Positions 1 to 9,198 of a stretch of 64,000 bases of DNA are shown here, piece after piece. Origin of the DNA: an uncultured Chloroflexia bacterium (lineage in GTDB: Bacteria; Chloroflexota; Chloroflexia; QHBQ01; JADMIH01). The stretch is from NCBI GenBank assembly GCA_963797095.1, contig CAWCNY010000001.1, positions 320,001 through 384,000 of the forward strand. Direction: 5' to 3'. A model generated the notes under the pieces. That model was not told the origin of the DNA. It ran no database searches and worked only from the letters and a program-made list of their open reading frames with translations. The translations under genes and the position numbers were made by a program. Within the stretch, counting starts at the first letter, position 1. Every line of letters starts with the position of its first letter.

Positions 1-148
1 TGTCCACGGTAAGCTCCAGGTCGTCTATCTGAGACACCTGGATGCCGCGGTAGTACGGTATGCGAGCGCCCAGCTGGAAACCTGTCGCCTCGCCGTTCCG
101 CGTCACATTCTTGAAATCCTCACCGACGATTATGTATTTGTCGAACAC
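1..148 (-). CDS. C-glycoside deglycosidase beta subunit (DUF6379), 3' part outside window (beta-1)
   Basis: Manual translation from GTG at 148 behind a GAGGAGG RBS: MFDKYIIVGEDFKNVTRNGEATGFQLGARIPYYRGIQVSQIDDLELTVD..., the same motif set as the other beta paralogs; not in the ORF track because it is truncated. Confidence 0.85.
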   Translation of the reverse strand, partial: MFDKYIIVGEDFKNVTRNGEATGFQLGARIPYYRGIQVSQIDDLELTVD

Positions 149-180
149 GCGTGGCCCTCCTCTCGCCGCTTGCGAGCCTT

Positions 181-576
181 TCAGCCTACCAGTTGCAGCA
201 CCTTCTTGTCCTCGCCTGAGAAGCCCTCGGGCACATAGGTCATGAGTACGGTTTCTTTCATCTCGACCCTGTGCTCACCAGGTTCCAGTCCGCCCGGCTT
301 GCGCACCGTGACGGTGGCAACCTCACCGAACTCCCAGCGGTCCTCTATCTCGGTCTCCATCTCGTCGAGGGTGTAGGTGTTGCCGTGGACCGTGATGGTG
401 AGCAGGTCGCGGGGGACCTGCTCACCATCAATAGTCAGGTCAATTCCGCCGAAGAGGGACAGGAAGATCCCGCGGTAGTACGGCAGCCGGGCGCCAAGCT
501 GATAACCTACCGCCTTGCCGTCCTTCACCACGTTCTTGAATTCCTCGCCGACGATCATAAAGTTGTCGTGTATCAC
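181..576 (-). CDS. C-glycoside deglycosidase beta subunit (DUF6379; DgpB/CarC-like) (beta-2)
   Basis: 131 aa; GYQLGARLPYYRG...DGE...RWEFGE...KPGGLEPGEH motifs match the DgpB-type beta-sandwich subunit. Confidence 0.85.
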   Translation of the reverse strand: MIHDNFMIVGEEFKNVVKDGKAVGYQLGARLPYYRGIFLSLFGGIDLTIDGEQVPRDLLTITVHGNTYTLDEMETEIEDRWEFGEVATVTVRKPGGLEPGEHRVEMKETVLMTYVPEGFSGEDKKVLQLVG

Positions 577-579
577 GCT

Positions 580-1641
580 TCACTCCTTCGCTGCGTCACC
601 GGCACCATCCTGCCCGAGCAGGCGGCGCAGCATGACCTGGTGGCGGCGCACCTGCTCGACGCTGTCCACTTCGAAGGCATCCTCGATGTGGTACTGGCCC
701 TCGTACTCGCTGGCGATGTAGCCCTGGTAGCCACCCTCCTTGAGGACGGAGATGACCTGGTCGTAAGGGATGCTGTACTCAGTGTAGTCGGGGAGCATCT
801 CGTAGAACTTGCCATGGACGTGTACTATCCGGTGCATGTAATCGAGCATACGCCGGGGATCCGACCAAATGATGTAATAGAGGCTGAAGAGGGCGTTACT
901 CACATCGCTCGCCGTGCCACCCATCCTGAGGATGTTCTCCTCCAATTTGGCCTTATCGGGCTGCGTGCCGTTTTCCCTCGCTTCCACGATATAGCGGACT
1001 ATCTCGTCCTTCATGCCGTTGCGCTTCCAGCGCTCGGTCAGGATGCGCGGCAGGCGACGCACGAAGATGCCACAATCGGGTATGACTCCCAGGTAGGGGG
1101 AGCCGACCCGCTCCATCATCTCGAGCTGCCCCTGAATCAGGGGTGCGTCGAGGTGGCTGGGCGCGTGGATCTCAAGGCCGAGCTTGACGTTGTACTTCTC
1201 GGCGTTTTCAGCAGACCGCGCCATTACCTCGGGCGGCGTATCGACGATCACGCGGATGACCGAGCAGCCGAGGCGGTTGGCGAACTTGATGTCGCGCAGC
1301 AGCAACTCGACCATCTCGTCCCCCGTCATGAGCCGTCCCTTGTAGAGGTTCATGTCAAGGAACATGTCGTGGCAGACCGGGGTAACGCCGTACTTCTCCA
1401 GCCAGGCGTGCCACTCCTCGAAGACCGAGTCGGGCACCTTCGGGAAGCCACGTATCATCTGCTCTGTCACGATTTCCACGCCCGGAATGCCAAGTCGCCC
1501 GGTAGTGGCAATGCAATCCTCAAGCGACATCTGCCCCAGCATGTACTCCTGCTGGAAGCTGTACAGGCTCACGGCCCGCTTGATGTTGGCCGTCTTCGTC
1601 GAGCCGGTAGTGCCGGCTGCCTGAGCCGTATTGCTGCTCAT
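580..1641 (-). CDS. C-glycoside deglycosidase alpha subunit (sugar-phosphate isomerase/epimerase TIM barrel) (alpha-1)
   Basis: SLYSF, EIHAP, PDCG, HVHGKF, ASEYEG, QVRRHQ motifs as in DgpC/CarB. Confidence 0.85.
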   Translation of the reverse strand: MSSNTAQAAGTTGSTKTANIKRAVSLYSFQQEYMLGQMSLEDCIATTGRLGIPGVEIVTEQMIRGFPKVPDSVFEEWHAWLEKYGVTPVCHDMFLDMNLYKGRLMTGDEMVELLLRDIKFANRLGCSVIRVIVDTPPEVMARSAENAEKYNVKLGLEIHAPSHLDAPLIQGQLEMMERVGSPYLGVIPDCGIFVRRLPRILTERWKRNGMKDEIVRYIVEARENGTQPDKAKLEENILRMGGTASDVSNALFSLYYIIWSDPRRMLDYMHRIVHVHGKFYEMLPDYTEYSIPYDQVISVLKEGGYQGYIASEYEGQYHIEDAFEVDSVEQVRRHQVMLRRLLGQDGAGDAAKE

Positions 1642-2687
1642 CTGACCTTCACCTCTTCCCGAGTCTCAACTCCCGAATGCGGCACTTCGCCCAGCAGTCG
1701 CTTGAGCATAACCTGGTGGCGGCGCACCTGCTCCACACTGTCTACAGGGAAGGCATCCTGTATGTGGCGGTTGCCTTCATATTCGCTGGAGAGGTAGCCA
1801 TTGTAGCCGCCCTCTATGAGAACCGGGATGATCTCCTCGTAGGGGATGCTGTACTCTGTATAGTCTTCCAGCATCTCGTTGAATTTGGCGTGGAAATGGA
1901 AGATGTAGGGCATGAAATCGAGCATACGGTGTGGGTCCACATAGATGTTGTGGGTGCCCATGCGCATCATATTGACGTCGTCCTGGGTGGCGCCCATCCG
2001 GCGTATGTCTTCCTCCAACGTGTCAAGCCCTTCATGGCGGTTGTATTTATCTGTGATCACGTGAGCTATTTCCGGGCGCATGCCGTCGCGCACCCAGCGG
2101 TCGCTCACCACGCGTGGCAGGCGCTTGGTGTAGATGCCGAAGTCAATCACGAATCCCACGTGCTTGGAGCCTGTGCGCTGGAACATCTCAACCAGGCTCT
2201 TCGAGAATGCGTCGTCAAGATGGCTGGGTGCGTGGATCTCGTTTCCCAATCGCACGTTGTACTCCGCGGCGTAGGGCGCCGCCTTCTCCATGACTGCTGG
2301 CGACGTGTCGTGGATTACGCGTATCACTGAGCAGCCCAATTTGGCGGCGTTCTTGATGTCCCGGACCAGCACGGCGACACGCTCGTCCTCGGTCATCACG
2401 CGGCCAGGGTACTTGTTCCAGTCGATAAATTGGTCGAGGCAGACGGGTGTGCGCCCGTATTTCTGCATCCAGCCTTGCCACTGCTCGAAGAACAACTCGG
2501 GGACGTTGGGATAGTGGCGGATCATCTGGTCGCCGATGATCTCAATACCAGGTATGTCCAACTTAGCGCAAGTCGCGATGATCTCCTCCAGCGTCATTTT
2601 GCGGAGGAAGAACTCCTCCTGGAAGCTATAGAGGCTGACGCTGCGCTTAATGTTGTGCGCTTTGGCTGTAGTTGTGTTGCTCATCAT
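1638..2687 (-). CDS. C-glycoside deglycosidase alpha subunit (alpha-2)
   Basis: Same motifs (EIHAP, IDFG, HFHAKF, SSEYEG); start moved to MMSNTT at 2687 behind AAGGAG; stop overlaps the alpha-1 start (ATGA). Confidence 0.85.
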   Translation of the reverse strand: MMSNTTTAKAHNIKRSVSLYSFQEEFFLRKMTLEEIIATCAKLDIPGIEIIGDQMIRHYPNVPELFFEQWQGWMQKYGRTPVCLDQFIDWNKYPGRVMTEDERVAVLVRDIKNAAKLGCSVIRVIHDTSPAVMEKAAPYAAEYNVRLGNEIHAPSHLDDAFSKSLVEMFQRTGSKHVGFVIDFGIYTKRLPRVVSDRWVRDGMRPEIAHVITDKYNRHEGLDTLEEDIRRMGATQDDVNMMRMGTHNIYVDPHRMLDFMPYIFHFHAKFNEMLEDYTEYSIPYEEIIPVLIEGGYNGYLSSEYEGNRHIQDAFPVDSVEQVRRHQVMLKRLLGEVPHSGVETREEVKVR

Positions 2688-2788
2688 TCTCTCCTTGAAC
2701 TGCCATTGCTGAACCGGACAGCGATGGCTGCTGTGAATCTGTTCCAATGTATCCGGTATGCAGAGAGCCAGGGTCGCTGCCCTACCCA

Positions 2789-3181
2789 TCAGTTGTCGAT
2801 GGTGAGCTTCTTGGCGTCGCTCCCCTTGAAGCCGAAAGGCACATAGGAAATCTTCAATTGCTGCGACAGCTCAACCTCGTGTTCCCCCGGCGCAAGCCCG
2901 CCCGGCTTCTCCACTGTAAGGAGGCCCACCTCGCCGAACTCCCACCTGTCGCCGGTCTGGTCCTCCACCTCGGTCAGCCGGTAGGTGTTGCCGTGTAAGG
3001 TCACCGAGATCTTGTCGGGCGAGAAGTGCTCGCCGTCCACTGCAAGGTCGGTCGTGCCCACCAGGGAGAGTGTAATACCGCGGTAGTAGGGCAGCCGCTC
3101 GCCGACCTGGAAGCCGGCAACCTTGCCATCTTTCTCCACGTTCCTGAACTCTTCGCCAACGATAATATACTTATCGAACAT
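2789..3181 (-). CDS. C-glycoside deglycosidase beta subunit (beta-3)
   Basis: MFDKYIIVGEEF...RLPYYRG...RWEFGE...PGGLAPGEH; GGAGG RBS before ATG 3181. Confidence 0.85.
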   Translation of the reverse strand: MFDKYIIVGEEFRNVEKDGKVAGFQVGERLPYYRGITLSLVGTTDLAVDGEHFSPDKISVTLHGNTYRLTEVEDQTGDRWEFGEVGLLTVEKPGGLAPGEHEVELSQQLKISYVPFGFKGSDAKKLTIDN

Positions 3182-3226
3182 CTGTGTAACCTCCATCTAC
3201 ATCAGCCCAGCCGGTGAGCAACCTCC

Positions 3227-3345
3227 CTAGCTGTGCAGTGCTAAACGCTCCGTCGTTCCGCCCATCACAATGCCCCACGTGCGGTTGTCGATGCGCCGCG
3301 TTGCCTCGTGATCTACGAGGGTGCGGGCGCGGCCGCGGTGGAGAG
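3227..3345 (-). pseudogene. orphan 3' relic of a long-loop beta subunit gene (copy of the beta-5 C-terminus)
   Basis: 3248-3324 is a near-copy of 6171-6247; reads RTLVDHEATRRIDNRTWGIVMGGTTERLALHS* with no start of its own. Confidence 0.65.
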
Positions 3346-3348
3346 ATA

Positions 3349-3753
3349 TTAGCGCGCCAGCTCCAACACCTTGCGGTCGTGCGTACGGAAGCCATATGGC
3401 AGCGCATAGGTGATCATCAGCCGCTGCACCAACTCTACCTCGTGCGAGCCCGGTTTCAGCCCGCCCGGCTTCTCCACCGTCAGGATACCTACATCGCCGA
3501 ACTCCCAGCGATCGCGGCACTGGTCCTCGATCTCGGACAGCCTGAAGGTGTTACCGTGAAGGGTTAGAGTCACCTTGTCGGGCGAGAAGTGCTCGCCGTC
3601 CACCGACAGGTCGGCGGGGCGCAGCACAGAGAGGACCACACCTCGATAGTAAGCCAAGCGAGCGCCGATCTGGAAACCGGTAACCTCACCGTCCTGCTCG
3701 ATGTTCCCGAACTCTTCGCCCACTATCATGTATTTGTCGAGCATCTTGATCAT
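3349..3753 (-). CDS. C-glycoside deglycosidase beta subunit (beta-4)
   Basis: MLDKYMIVGEEF...RLAYYRG...RWEFGD...PGGLKPGSH. Confidence 0.85.
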   Translation of the reverse strand: MIKMLDKYMIVGEEFGNIEQDGEVTGFQIGARLAYYRGVVLSVLRPADLSVDGEHFSPDKVTLTLHGNTFRLSEIEDQCRDRWEFGDVGILTVEKPGGLKPGSHEVELVQRLMITYALPYGFRTHDRKVLELAR

Positions 3754-3765
3754 CTCCTCTCGCGG

Positions 3766-4803
3766 CTAAACGCCGACAGGCTCGGCGGCCGGTACTTCGC
3801 CCAACAACTTCTTGAGCATCGTCTGCTGGCGGCGCACCTGCTCGATGCTCTCGAACTCGATGTTGCGCTGGCCCTCGTACTCGCTCGACAAGTAGCCGTT
3901 ATAGCCGCCCTCGATAAGCACGGGCACTATCTCCTCATAGGGGATGCTGTACTCGGTCGTATCGTCGACCATCTCCCAGAACTTGGCGTGGATGTGCACT
4001 ACCCGCGGCATGATCTTCAGGAGGGTGCGCGGGTCGGTGTAGACCATGTGGGTCGTCATGAAAGCGGCACTCTGGTCCGCCGGGCCGCCGCCCATCTTCG
4101 CGATCTCTTCGGGCAGCTTGTCGATCGCGGCGAGGTCGTGGGTGTTGTAGACGGCGAAGATATGCTCCAACATCTCGGGCCGGGCGCCCTTGCTGATCCA
4201 CTGGTCGGTGATCACGCGAGGCAAGCGCTTCACGAACATACCCATGTCGGGAACGAAGCCGAGGTAGGGCGAGCCGAGGCGCTCCATATACTCCCACAGT
4301 TCCTGGGTGAAGGGGTGCTCTACGTGGAACGGAGCATGGATCTCCCAGCCCCATTTGACGCCGACCTTCTCCGCATATTCGGCGACCCTGGCCAACACGT
4401 TCAGGTCGGTCGGGTGAATGTCGCGCACGACAGAACAGCCGAGACGCTTGGCGAAGTCGAGGTCGCGCACGAACGCCTGGTACTGCTCGTCGGCCGTCAT
4501 GACGCGGCCCTTGTACATGTTCCAGTCGAGAAACGCGTCCTGGGCGACTGGCGTGCGGCCGTACTTCTCAATGGCCGCATGCCACATTTTGAACCACTCC
4601 TCGCCGGGGTCGGGGAAGCCGGGGGCCATCTGCTCGCCGATGATCTCGATACCTGGTATGTCGAGCTCCGCGCACTTGGCGATTATGTCTTCCAGCGTCA
4701 TCTCCCGCAGGAAGTACTCTTCCTGGAAGCTGTAGAAGCTAACGCTCCGCTTGATGTTGTGGCGCTTGGCGCTGTTGCCAGGCCCGTTTGTCGCCATTGT
4801 CAT
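3766..4803 (-). CDS. C-glycoside deglycosidase alpha subunit (alpha-3)
   Basis: SFYSFQEEY, WEIHAP, PDMG, HIHAKF, SSEYEG. Confidence 0.85.
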   Translation of the reverse strand: MTMATNGPGNSAKRHNIKRSVSFYSFQEEYFLREMTLEDIIAKCAELDIPGIEIIGEQMAPGFPDPGEEWFKMWHAAIEKYGRTPVAQDAFLDWNMYKGRVMTADEQYQAFVRDLDFAKRLGCSVVRDIHPTDLNVLARVAEYAEKVGVKWGWEIHAPFHVEHPFTQELWEYMERLGSPYLGFVPDMGMFVKRLPRVITDQWISKGARPEMLEHIFAVYNTHDLAAIDKLPEEIAKMGGGPADQSAAFMTTHMVYTDPRTLLKIMPRVVHIHAKFWEMVDDTTEYSIPYEEIVPVLIEGGYNGYLSSEYEGQRNIEFESIEQVRRQQTMLKKLLGEVPAAEPVGV

Positions 4804-4921
4804 TTGCTCACCTCCAAAAACTCAGGTTCGCCCGGTCCTCATCTGGGCCCGAAGACTCTCGACCTGCGGGGGCAGGCTCACGTAGTCAGGCTGGCGCGAC
4901 TTCAGGTGTCGTACCATGCTG

Positions 4922-4952
4922 AGTATTGCCGCCAATCCCGCGCGGCAATACT
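4922..4952. other. intra-operon stem-loop downstream of the oxidoreductase gene
   Basis: AGTATTGCCGC-N9-GCGGCAATACT, a perfect 11-bp stem; no U-tract on the minus strand, so more likely a stabiliser/processing hairpin than an intrinsic terminator. Confidence 0.55.
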
Positions 4953-4959
4953 AAGGAAC

Positions 4960-6144
4960 CTAGGGGCGGCTTGCTGGTACCGCCTGCAACTCGTCTATGT
5001 GCACTACGTCGCCCCTCTCCGAAGACTTATAGATGGCCTCAAGGATTAGAGTAACGGTGTAAGCTTGCTCGGGCTTGATAACCAGTTCACCGCCGTTGCG
5101 GACAGCGTTGTACCAGACTTCCTGCTCCCTGAACATACCAGGGTAGAACTCCGGCTGCTCGCCGCTGCCGATGAAGCTCCCACCGAGCGCATAGTTCTGG
5201 ATATACAGCTTGCCGTTGTTCTCGCCGTTCACCCGGACATTGAAGGTCCGATTCCGGTCGAAGTCGATGGTGAGGATGCCCGGCCCCGTCTCCGGGAACA
5301 TGTCTGCCCCGGCCTTGGTGCCGCACAGCACGACATATGCATCCTGCTGAGCTATGACTTGATTCAGAGCCCAGGACAATTCGACTATGACGGTAGCCCC
5401 GTTCTTGAACTTCACAAGCCCGAAGCCACTGTCCTCCACTTCGAACTTGTCCGGGTCCCATGGTCCCATGATGTTTGCCCCGCTGCCGATCTTGCCGAGC
5501 TTATTGAAGGTCGAGCCGAGCACAGTCTCGGGCTCGTAATTGTCCATCATCCAGAGCGTAAGATCCAGCGTGTGGGTGGCAAGGTCAATGAGAGAGCCAC
5601 CACCCTGCTTGGCTTTGTCGAGGAAGACCCCGTGGGTTGGCACTCCGCGCCGGCGGGTGCCCAGCGCCTTGCCAAGATATATCTCGCCCAGCTCGCCGTC
5701 TTCGACTACCTTCTTCAGGAACTGCGCGTTGGGGCGGTAGCGGTTCTGGTAGCCGATCGTGAGCAACCTGCCTGTCTCGCGGCTGGCGTCTAGCATGGCC
5801 CTGGCTTCCGCTGCGGTCTTGGCCATCGGCTTCTCGCACAGTACGTGCTTGCCCGCGCGAAGGGCTGCTATACTGATCTCGGCGTGTGAGCTATTGGGCG
5901 TGCAGACGTGCACTACCTCGATATCGTCGCGGGCGAGCAGGTTCGTGTAATCCCCGTACACGGCCGCACTCGAGGTGCCGTACTTCCTGGCCGCGGCCTG
6001 CGCCCGCTCGACGATGATGTCGCAGAAAGCGATAATCTCCACGTCGGGCAGCCGGGATATGCTGGGCATGTGCTTTTGATTGGCAATGCCACCGCACCCG
6101 ATGATGCCTACCCTGGTCTTGTCACTGCGACTACTGAGGTTCAT
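4960..6144 (-). CDS. Gfo/Idh/MocA family NAD-dependent oxidoreductase (candidate glycoside 3-dehydrogenase, DgpA-like role)
   Basis: VGIIGCGGIA Rossmann motif, GKHVLCEKP, GGGSLIDLATHTLD; start at ATG 6144 overlapping the beta-5 stop. Confidence 0.85.
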   Translation of the reverse strand: MNLSSRSDKTRVGIIGCGGIANQKHMPSISRLPDVEIIAFCDIIVERAQAAARKYGTSSAAVYGDYTNLLARDDIEVVHVCTPNSSHAEISIAALRAGKHVLCEKPMAKTAAEARAMLDASRETGRLLTIGYQNRYRPNAQFLKKVVEDGELGEIYLGKALGTRRRGVPTHGVFLDKAKQGGGSLIDLATHTLDLTLWMMDNYEPETVLGSTFNKLGKIGSGANIMGPWDPDKFEVEDSGFGLVKFKNGATVIVELSWALNQVIAQQDAYVVLCGTKAGADMFPETGPGILTIDFDRNRTFNVRVNGENNGKLYIQNYALGGSFIGSGEQPEFYPGMFREQEVWYNAVRNGGELVIKPEQAYTVTLILEAIYKSSERGDVVHIDELQAVPASRP

Positions 6145-6605
6145 GCTCTCACTCCTTGCAATTCTATGTTCTCCGTCGTGCCGCCCATCACAATGCCCCA
6201 CGTGCGGTTATCGATGCGGGGAGTTGCCTCGTGATCCACAAGAGTGCTGTAGCGCATGTAGTAAATATCCAGACTGAACCGCACTGTTACCTCGTGCTCC
6301 CCCGGCGCGAGACCCCCCGGCTTGGCGACAGTCAGGACGCCAAACTTGCCGTACTCCCAGCGGTTGTCAGGATCATTCTCGAATTGCGCCAGCGGGTAGG
6401 TCTTCTCGCCCAGCGTCACCGAAATCTTGTCGGGCGAGAAGCTCTCGCCGTCCACCACAAGCTCGATCCCCTTGAGCATCGAGAGATAAAAGCCCCGGTA
6501 GTATGGCACGCGCACATTGATTTGGAACCCCGTGATGCGCCCGTCCTGCTCCACGTTCTTGAAGCTCTCCTTGGCGATCACGTATTTGTCGGATATGGTC
6601 TTCAT
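6141..6605 (-). CDS. C-glycoside deglycosidase beta subunit with ~20-aa C-terminal loop insertion (beta-5)
   Basis: RVPYYRG, RWEYG, PGGLAPGEH, then an extra STLVDHEATPRIDNRTWGIVM segment. Confidence 0.85.
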   Translation of the reverse strand: MKTISDKYVIAKESFKNVEQDGRITGFQINVRVPYYRGFYLSMLKGIELVVDGESFSPDKISVTLGEKTYPLAQFENDPDNRWEYGKFGVLTVAKPGGLAPGEHEVTVRFSLDIYYMRYSTLVDHEATPRIDNRTWGIVMGGTTENIELQGVRA

Positions 6606-7687
6606 CTCCCTGCCTCGCTTCCCACCAGAGCCGGGCCTGTTGTGCCTGCCCTGCTGCCCGTGTCGTCTGCTTGCGTTTCGCCCAACAGATGCCTGAGCAT
6701 GACCTGATGGCGGCGCACCTGCTCTACGCTATCTGATTCTGTGTCGTCCACGAGCCAGCCGTTGCCTTCATACTCGCTCGAGATGTAGCCGTTGTATCCT
6801 CCCTCGATCAGCACCGGCACAACTTCTTCGTAGGGGATGGCCTCCTCCCGGTACCCGCTAACAGGGTCCTCAACCATATCGTTGAACTTGCCGTGGACGT
6901 GGAGTATGTGCGGCATGTACTCTGCCAGCCGCTGTGGGTCGGCGAAGATGAAGCGGGCCGCGCGGTTTGCCATGGCGATCTCGTCCTGTGTGCCCCCCAG
7001 GCGCTCGACCTCTGCGGGTATCTGTCCTATGCTTTCGTGGCTGTTGTACGCTTTGGTAATGAAGCCGGCGATGTGCGGGCGCATACCGTTGGCCAGCCAG
7101 TAGCTGAGGAAGATTCGAGGCATATGCTTGGTGAAAATCCCCATGTCGACTGTGAAGCCGAGGTAGGGGGAGCCAACCTCGCGCATCATGGTCACGTGCT
7201 TCTGCATCCATACATCATCCAGCTGGTGCGGCGCATGGACCTCGAGTGCCTGCTTGACATTGTATTTCTCGGCATACGGAGCCACACGCGCCAGGATGGA
7301 GGGCGGGGTGAGGTGCAACACCCGGATAACGGTGCAGCCAAGGCGATTCGCGAACACGATGTCTCGGATCGCCAACTCGACCATCTCGTCCTCGGTCATG
7401 AGGCGGCCGCTGTACCTGTTGATGTCGAGGAACATATCGTGGGCGACGGGAGTGCGGCCGTACTTGGCAAGCCAGCCTTTCCACTGCGCCAGCCACTCAT
7501 CGCCGGGATCGGGGAAGTTGGGCACCATCTGCTCCCCGATCACCTCAATTCCGGGGATACCCAGATCGGCTGCAGTCTTGATGCAATCTTCCAGGCTCAT
7601 CTTGCCTATGAAGTAGTCGTGCCGCCAGCTATAGAACGTAACACAACGCTTGATGTCGTGCGGCACGGTCGTGTCTGTCTCATCCAT
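6602..7687 (-). CDS. C-glycoside deglycosidase alpha subunit (alpha-4)
   Basis: TFYSW, LEVHAP, VDMG, HVHGKF, SSEYEG. Confidence 0.85.
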   Translation of the reverse strand: MDETDTTVPHDIKRCVTFYSWRHDYFIGKMSLEDCIKTAADLGIPGIEVIGEQMVPNFPDPGDEWLAQWKGWLAKYGRTPVAHDMFLDINRYSGRLMTEDEMVELAIRDIVFANRLGCTVIRVLHLTPPSILARVAPYAEKYNVKQALEVHAPHQLDDVWMQKHVTMMREVGSPYLGFTVDMGIFTKHMPRIFLSYWLANGMRPHIAGFITKAYNSHESIGQIPAEVERLGGTQDEIAMANRAARFIFADPQRLAEYMPHILHVHGKFNDMVEDPVSGYREEAIPYEEVVPVLIEGGYNGYISSEYEGNGWLVDDTESDSVEQVRRHQVMLRHLLGETQADDTGSRAGTTGPALVGSEAGR

Positions 7688-7699
7688 TCCCAGCTCCTT

Positions 7700-8779
7700 T
7701 CACGCCGACGCGGCTAGATACTTGTTAACCATGGCGTGCCACTTCTGCACTTCTTGCATGGCGGCATTCGGATCCGCGGTGAATCTGCTGCCCTCCCACT
7801 CGGCAGAGATAGAGCCGCTGTAGCCGCTCTCCTTGAGCAGCTTGATAATTTCGCCGTAAGGGATAGAAGGCTCAACTCCGCTCTCGTCTATGTGGTAGAA
7901 CTTGCCGTGGATGTGGCGGCTGTAAGGGAGCACCTCGCGCCAGGTCTCTACCGGCATGTGCCCGAACATCGTAATTACCGAGTTGAGCGAGCCGACGAGC
8001 GATGCCGGCGCCTGGTAGCGCTGGGCTGCGCCGGCAAGGGCGGCAAACTTCTGCATGGACGGCTCATCGCTGTGCCAGATCTCTCTCGTCGTTTCGATCA
8101 GCGGCTCGGGCGCGCCCATCTGCCGCAGCATCGGCCAATATCCATCGGGCGGCTTGGTCATGGAGCAGCTGAGGTCGGGCACGAAGCCAAGGTAAGGCGA
8201 CCCGATGCGGTCGTAAAGCTCCCGCAACTCGATAACTTCAGGATGTGAGGGGGAGAGGGGCGAATGCAGTTCGCAGGCCACCTGCACCTCCGCCCGCTCG
8301 GCGGCCGGCACCAGCCTCTGTATGGCTTCGGGTCCGGCGAGCGCCTGAATGCGCAGCACCGGAAAGCCCAGCTTACGGGCCGCCTCGATCTGCGGCTCTA
8401 TGTAGGCTACCGTTTCCTCCACCGTCATTAGCCGGCCCGGGAAGCGGCCCAGGTCTACGTTGCCGGACAGCGAGGTGGGCCGCAGACCCAGGCGCGTCGT
8501 AACTTCCCTGAACAGCTCGGCGAACTCATCAGTGATATCGGGGTAGTCGCGTATGCTCTGGAAGCCCACGACCTCGACGCCGGGCCCCACTCCCAGCTCT
8601 GCTACCTTCTCCATCAACTGCTCAAGAGTGAAGCGGCGTGTCTGCCACCGGCTGGTGAAGCTGTAGAGGGTAGTACCCAGGACGATATTGCCGGTGTTTG
8701 CGCCGCCTGCGCCGCCTGCGCCGCCTGCGCCGCCTGCGCCGTCCGTCCCGCTTGTGCTAGATCTATTGTAAGTGTTCAT
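7700..8779 (-). CDS. C-glycoside deglycosidase alpha subunit, divergent CarB/DgpC-like clade (alpha-5)
   Basis: LGTTLYSFT, GNVDLGRFPGR, CELHSP, PDLS, HIHGKF, SAEWEG; N-terminal (GGA)n from a 9-bp repeat. Confidence 0.85.
   Translation of the reverse strand: MNTYNRSSTSGTDGAGGAGGAGGAGGANTGNIVLGTTLYSFTSRWQTRRFTLEQLMEKVAELGVGPGVEVVGFQSIRDYPDITDEFAELFREVTTRLGLRPTSLSGNVDLGRFPGRLMTVEETVAYIEPQIEAARKLGFPVLRIQALAGPEAIQRLVPAAERAEVQVACELHSPLSPSHPEVIELRELYDRIGSPYLGFVPDLSCSMTKPPDGYWPMLRQMGAPEPLIETTREIWHSDEPSMQKFAALAGAAQRYQAPASLVGSLNSVITMFGHMPVETWREVLPYSRHIHGKFYHIDESGVEPSIPYGEIIKLLKESGYSGSISAEWEGSRFTADPNAAMQEVQKWHAMVNKYLAASA
8701..8740. repeat. 9-bp tandem repeat (CGCCGCCTG x4) in the alpha-5 N-terminus
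   Basis: Seen directly; encodes GAGGAGGAGGAGG. Confidence 0.9.
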
Positions 8780-8789
8780 CGCTTGGCCC

Positions 8790-9182
8790 TCACGCGGCTA
8801 CCTGTGTTGTGGCATACTGCCAAGTTGGGGTCAAGAACTTGCCCGGGCCCACCAGGATGTAGGGAGCACGCACCGCCAGTTGTAGCTCTAACCTGTGGCT
8901 CTCGCCCGCCTTCACCCGGCCCGGGTCGCGCACGCCCAGCAGAGCGGAGTCGAGCACGAACCAGAACTCATCGGCATGTGCGGCCAGCTCCTCCAGCCGG
9001 TATCGGTGCCCGTTGATGCCGAAGCGAATAGCGTCGGGCGGCACAGGCCGCCCGTCCAGGCTCAACTCGACCCTTTCGACGCACGACAGAGGCAGTGACC
9101 TGTACCAGTTGAGGCGGGCCTCCAACTGGTAGCCTTCTTGTGTAGCCCGCAGGCTGTTGTCCTCTATTATGTTCAGAGGCAT
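8790..9182 (-). CDS. C-glycoside deglycosidase beta subunit, 'YRSLPLSC' clade (beta-6)
   Basis: RLNWYRSLPLSCVERVELSLDG...FWFVLD...RAPYI. Confidence 0.85.
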   Translation of the reverse strand: MPLNIIEDNSLRATQEGYQLEARLNWYRSLPLSCVERVELSLDGRPVPPDAIRFGINGHRYRLEELAAHADEFWFVLDSALLGVRDPGRVKAGESHRLELQLAVRAPYILVGPGKFLTPTWQYATTQVAA

Positions 9183-9198
9183 GTGAGCACCACCCTCC

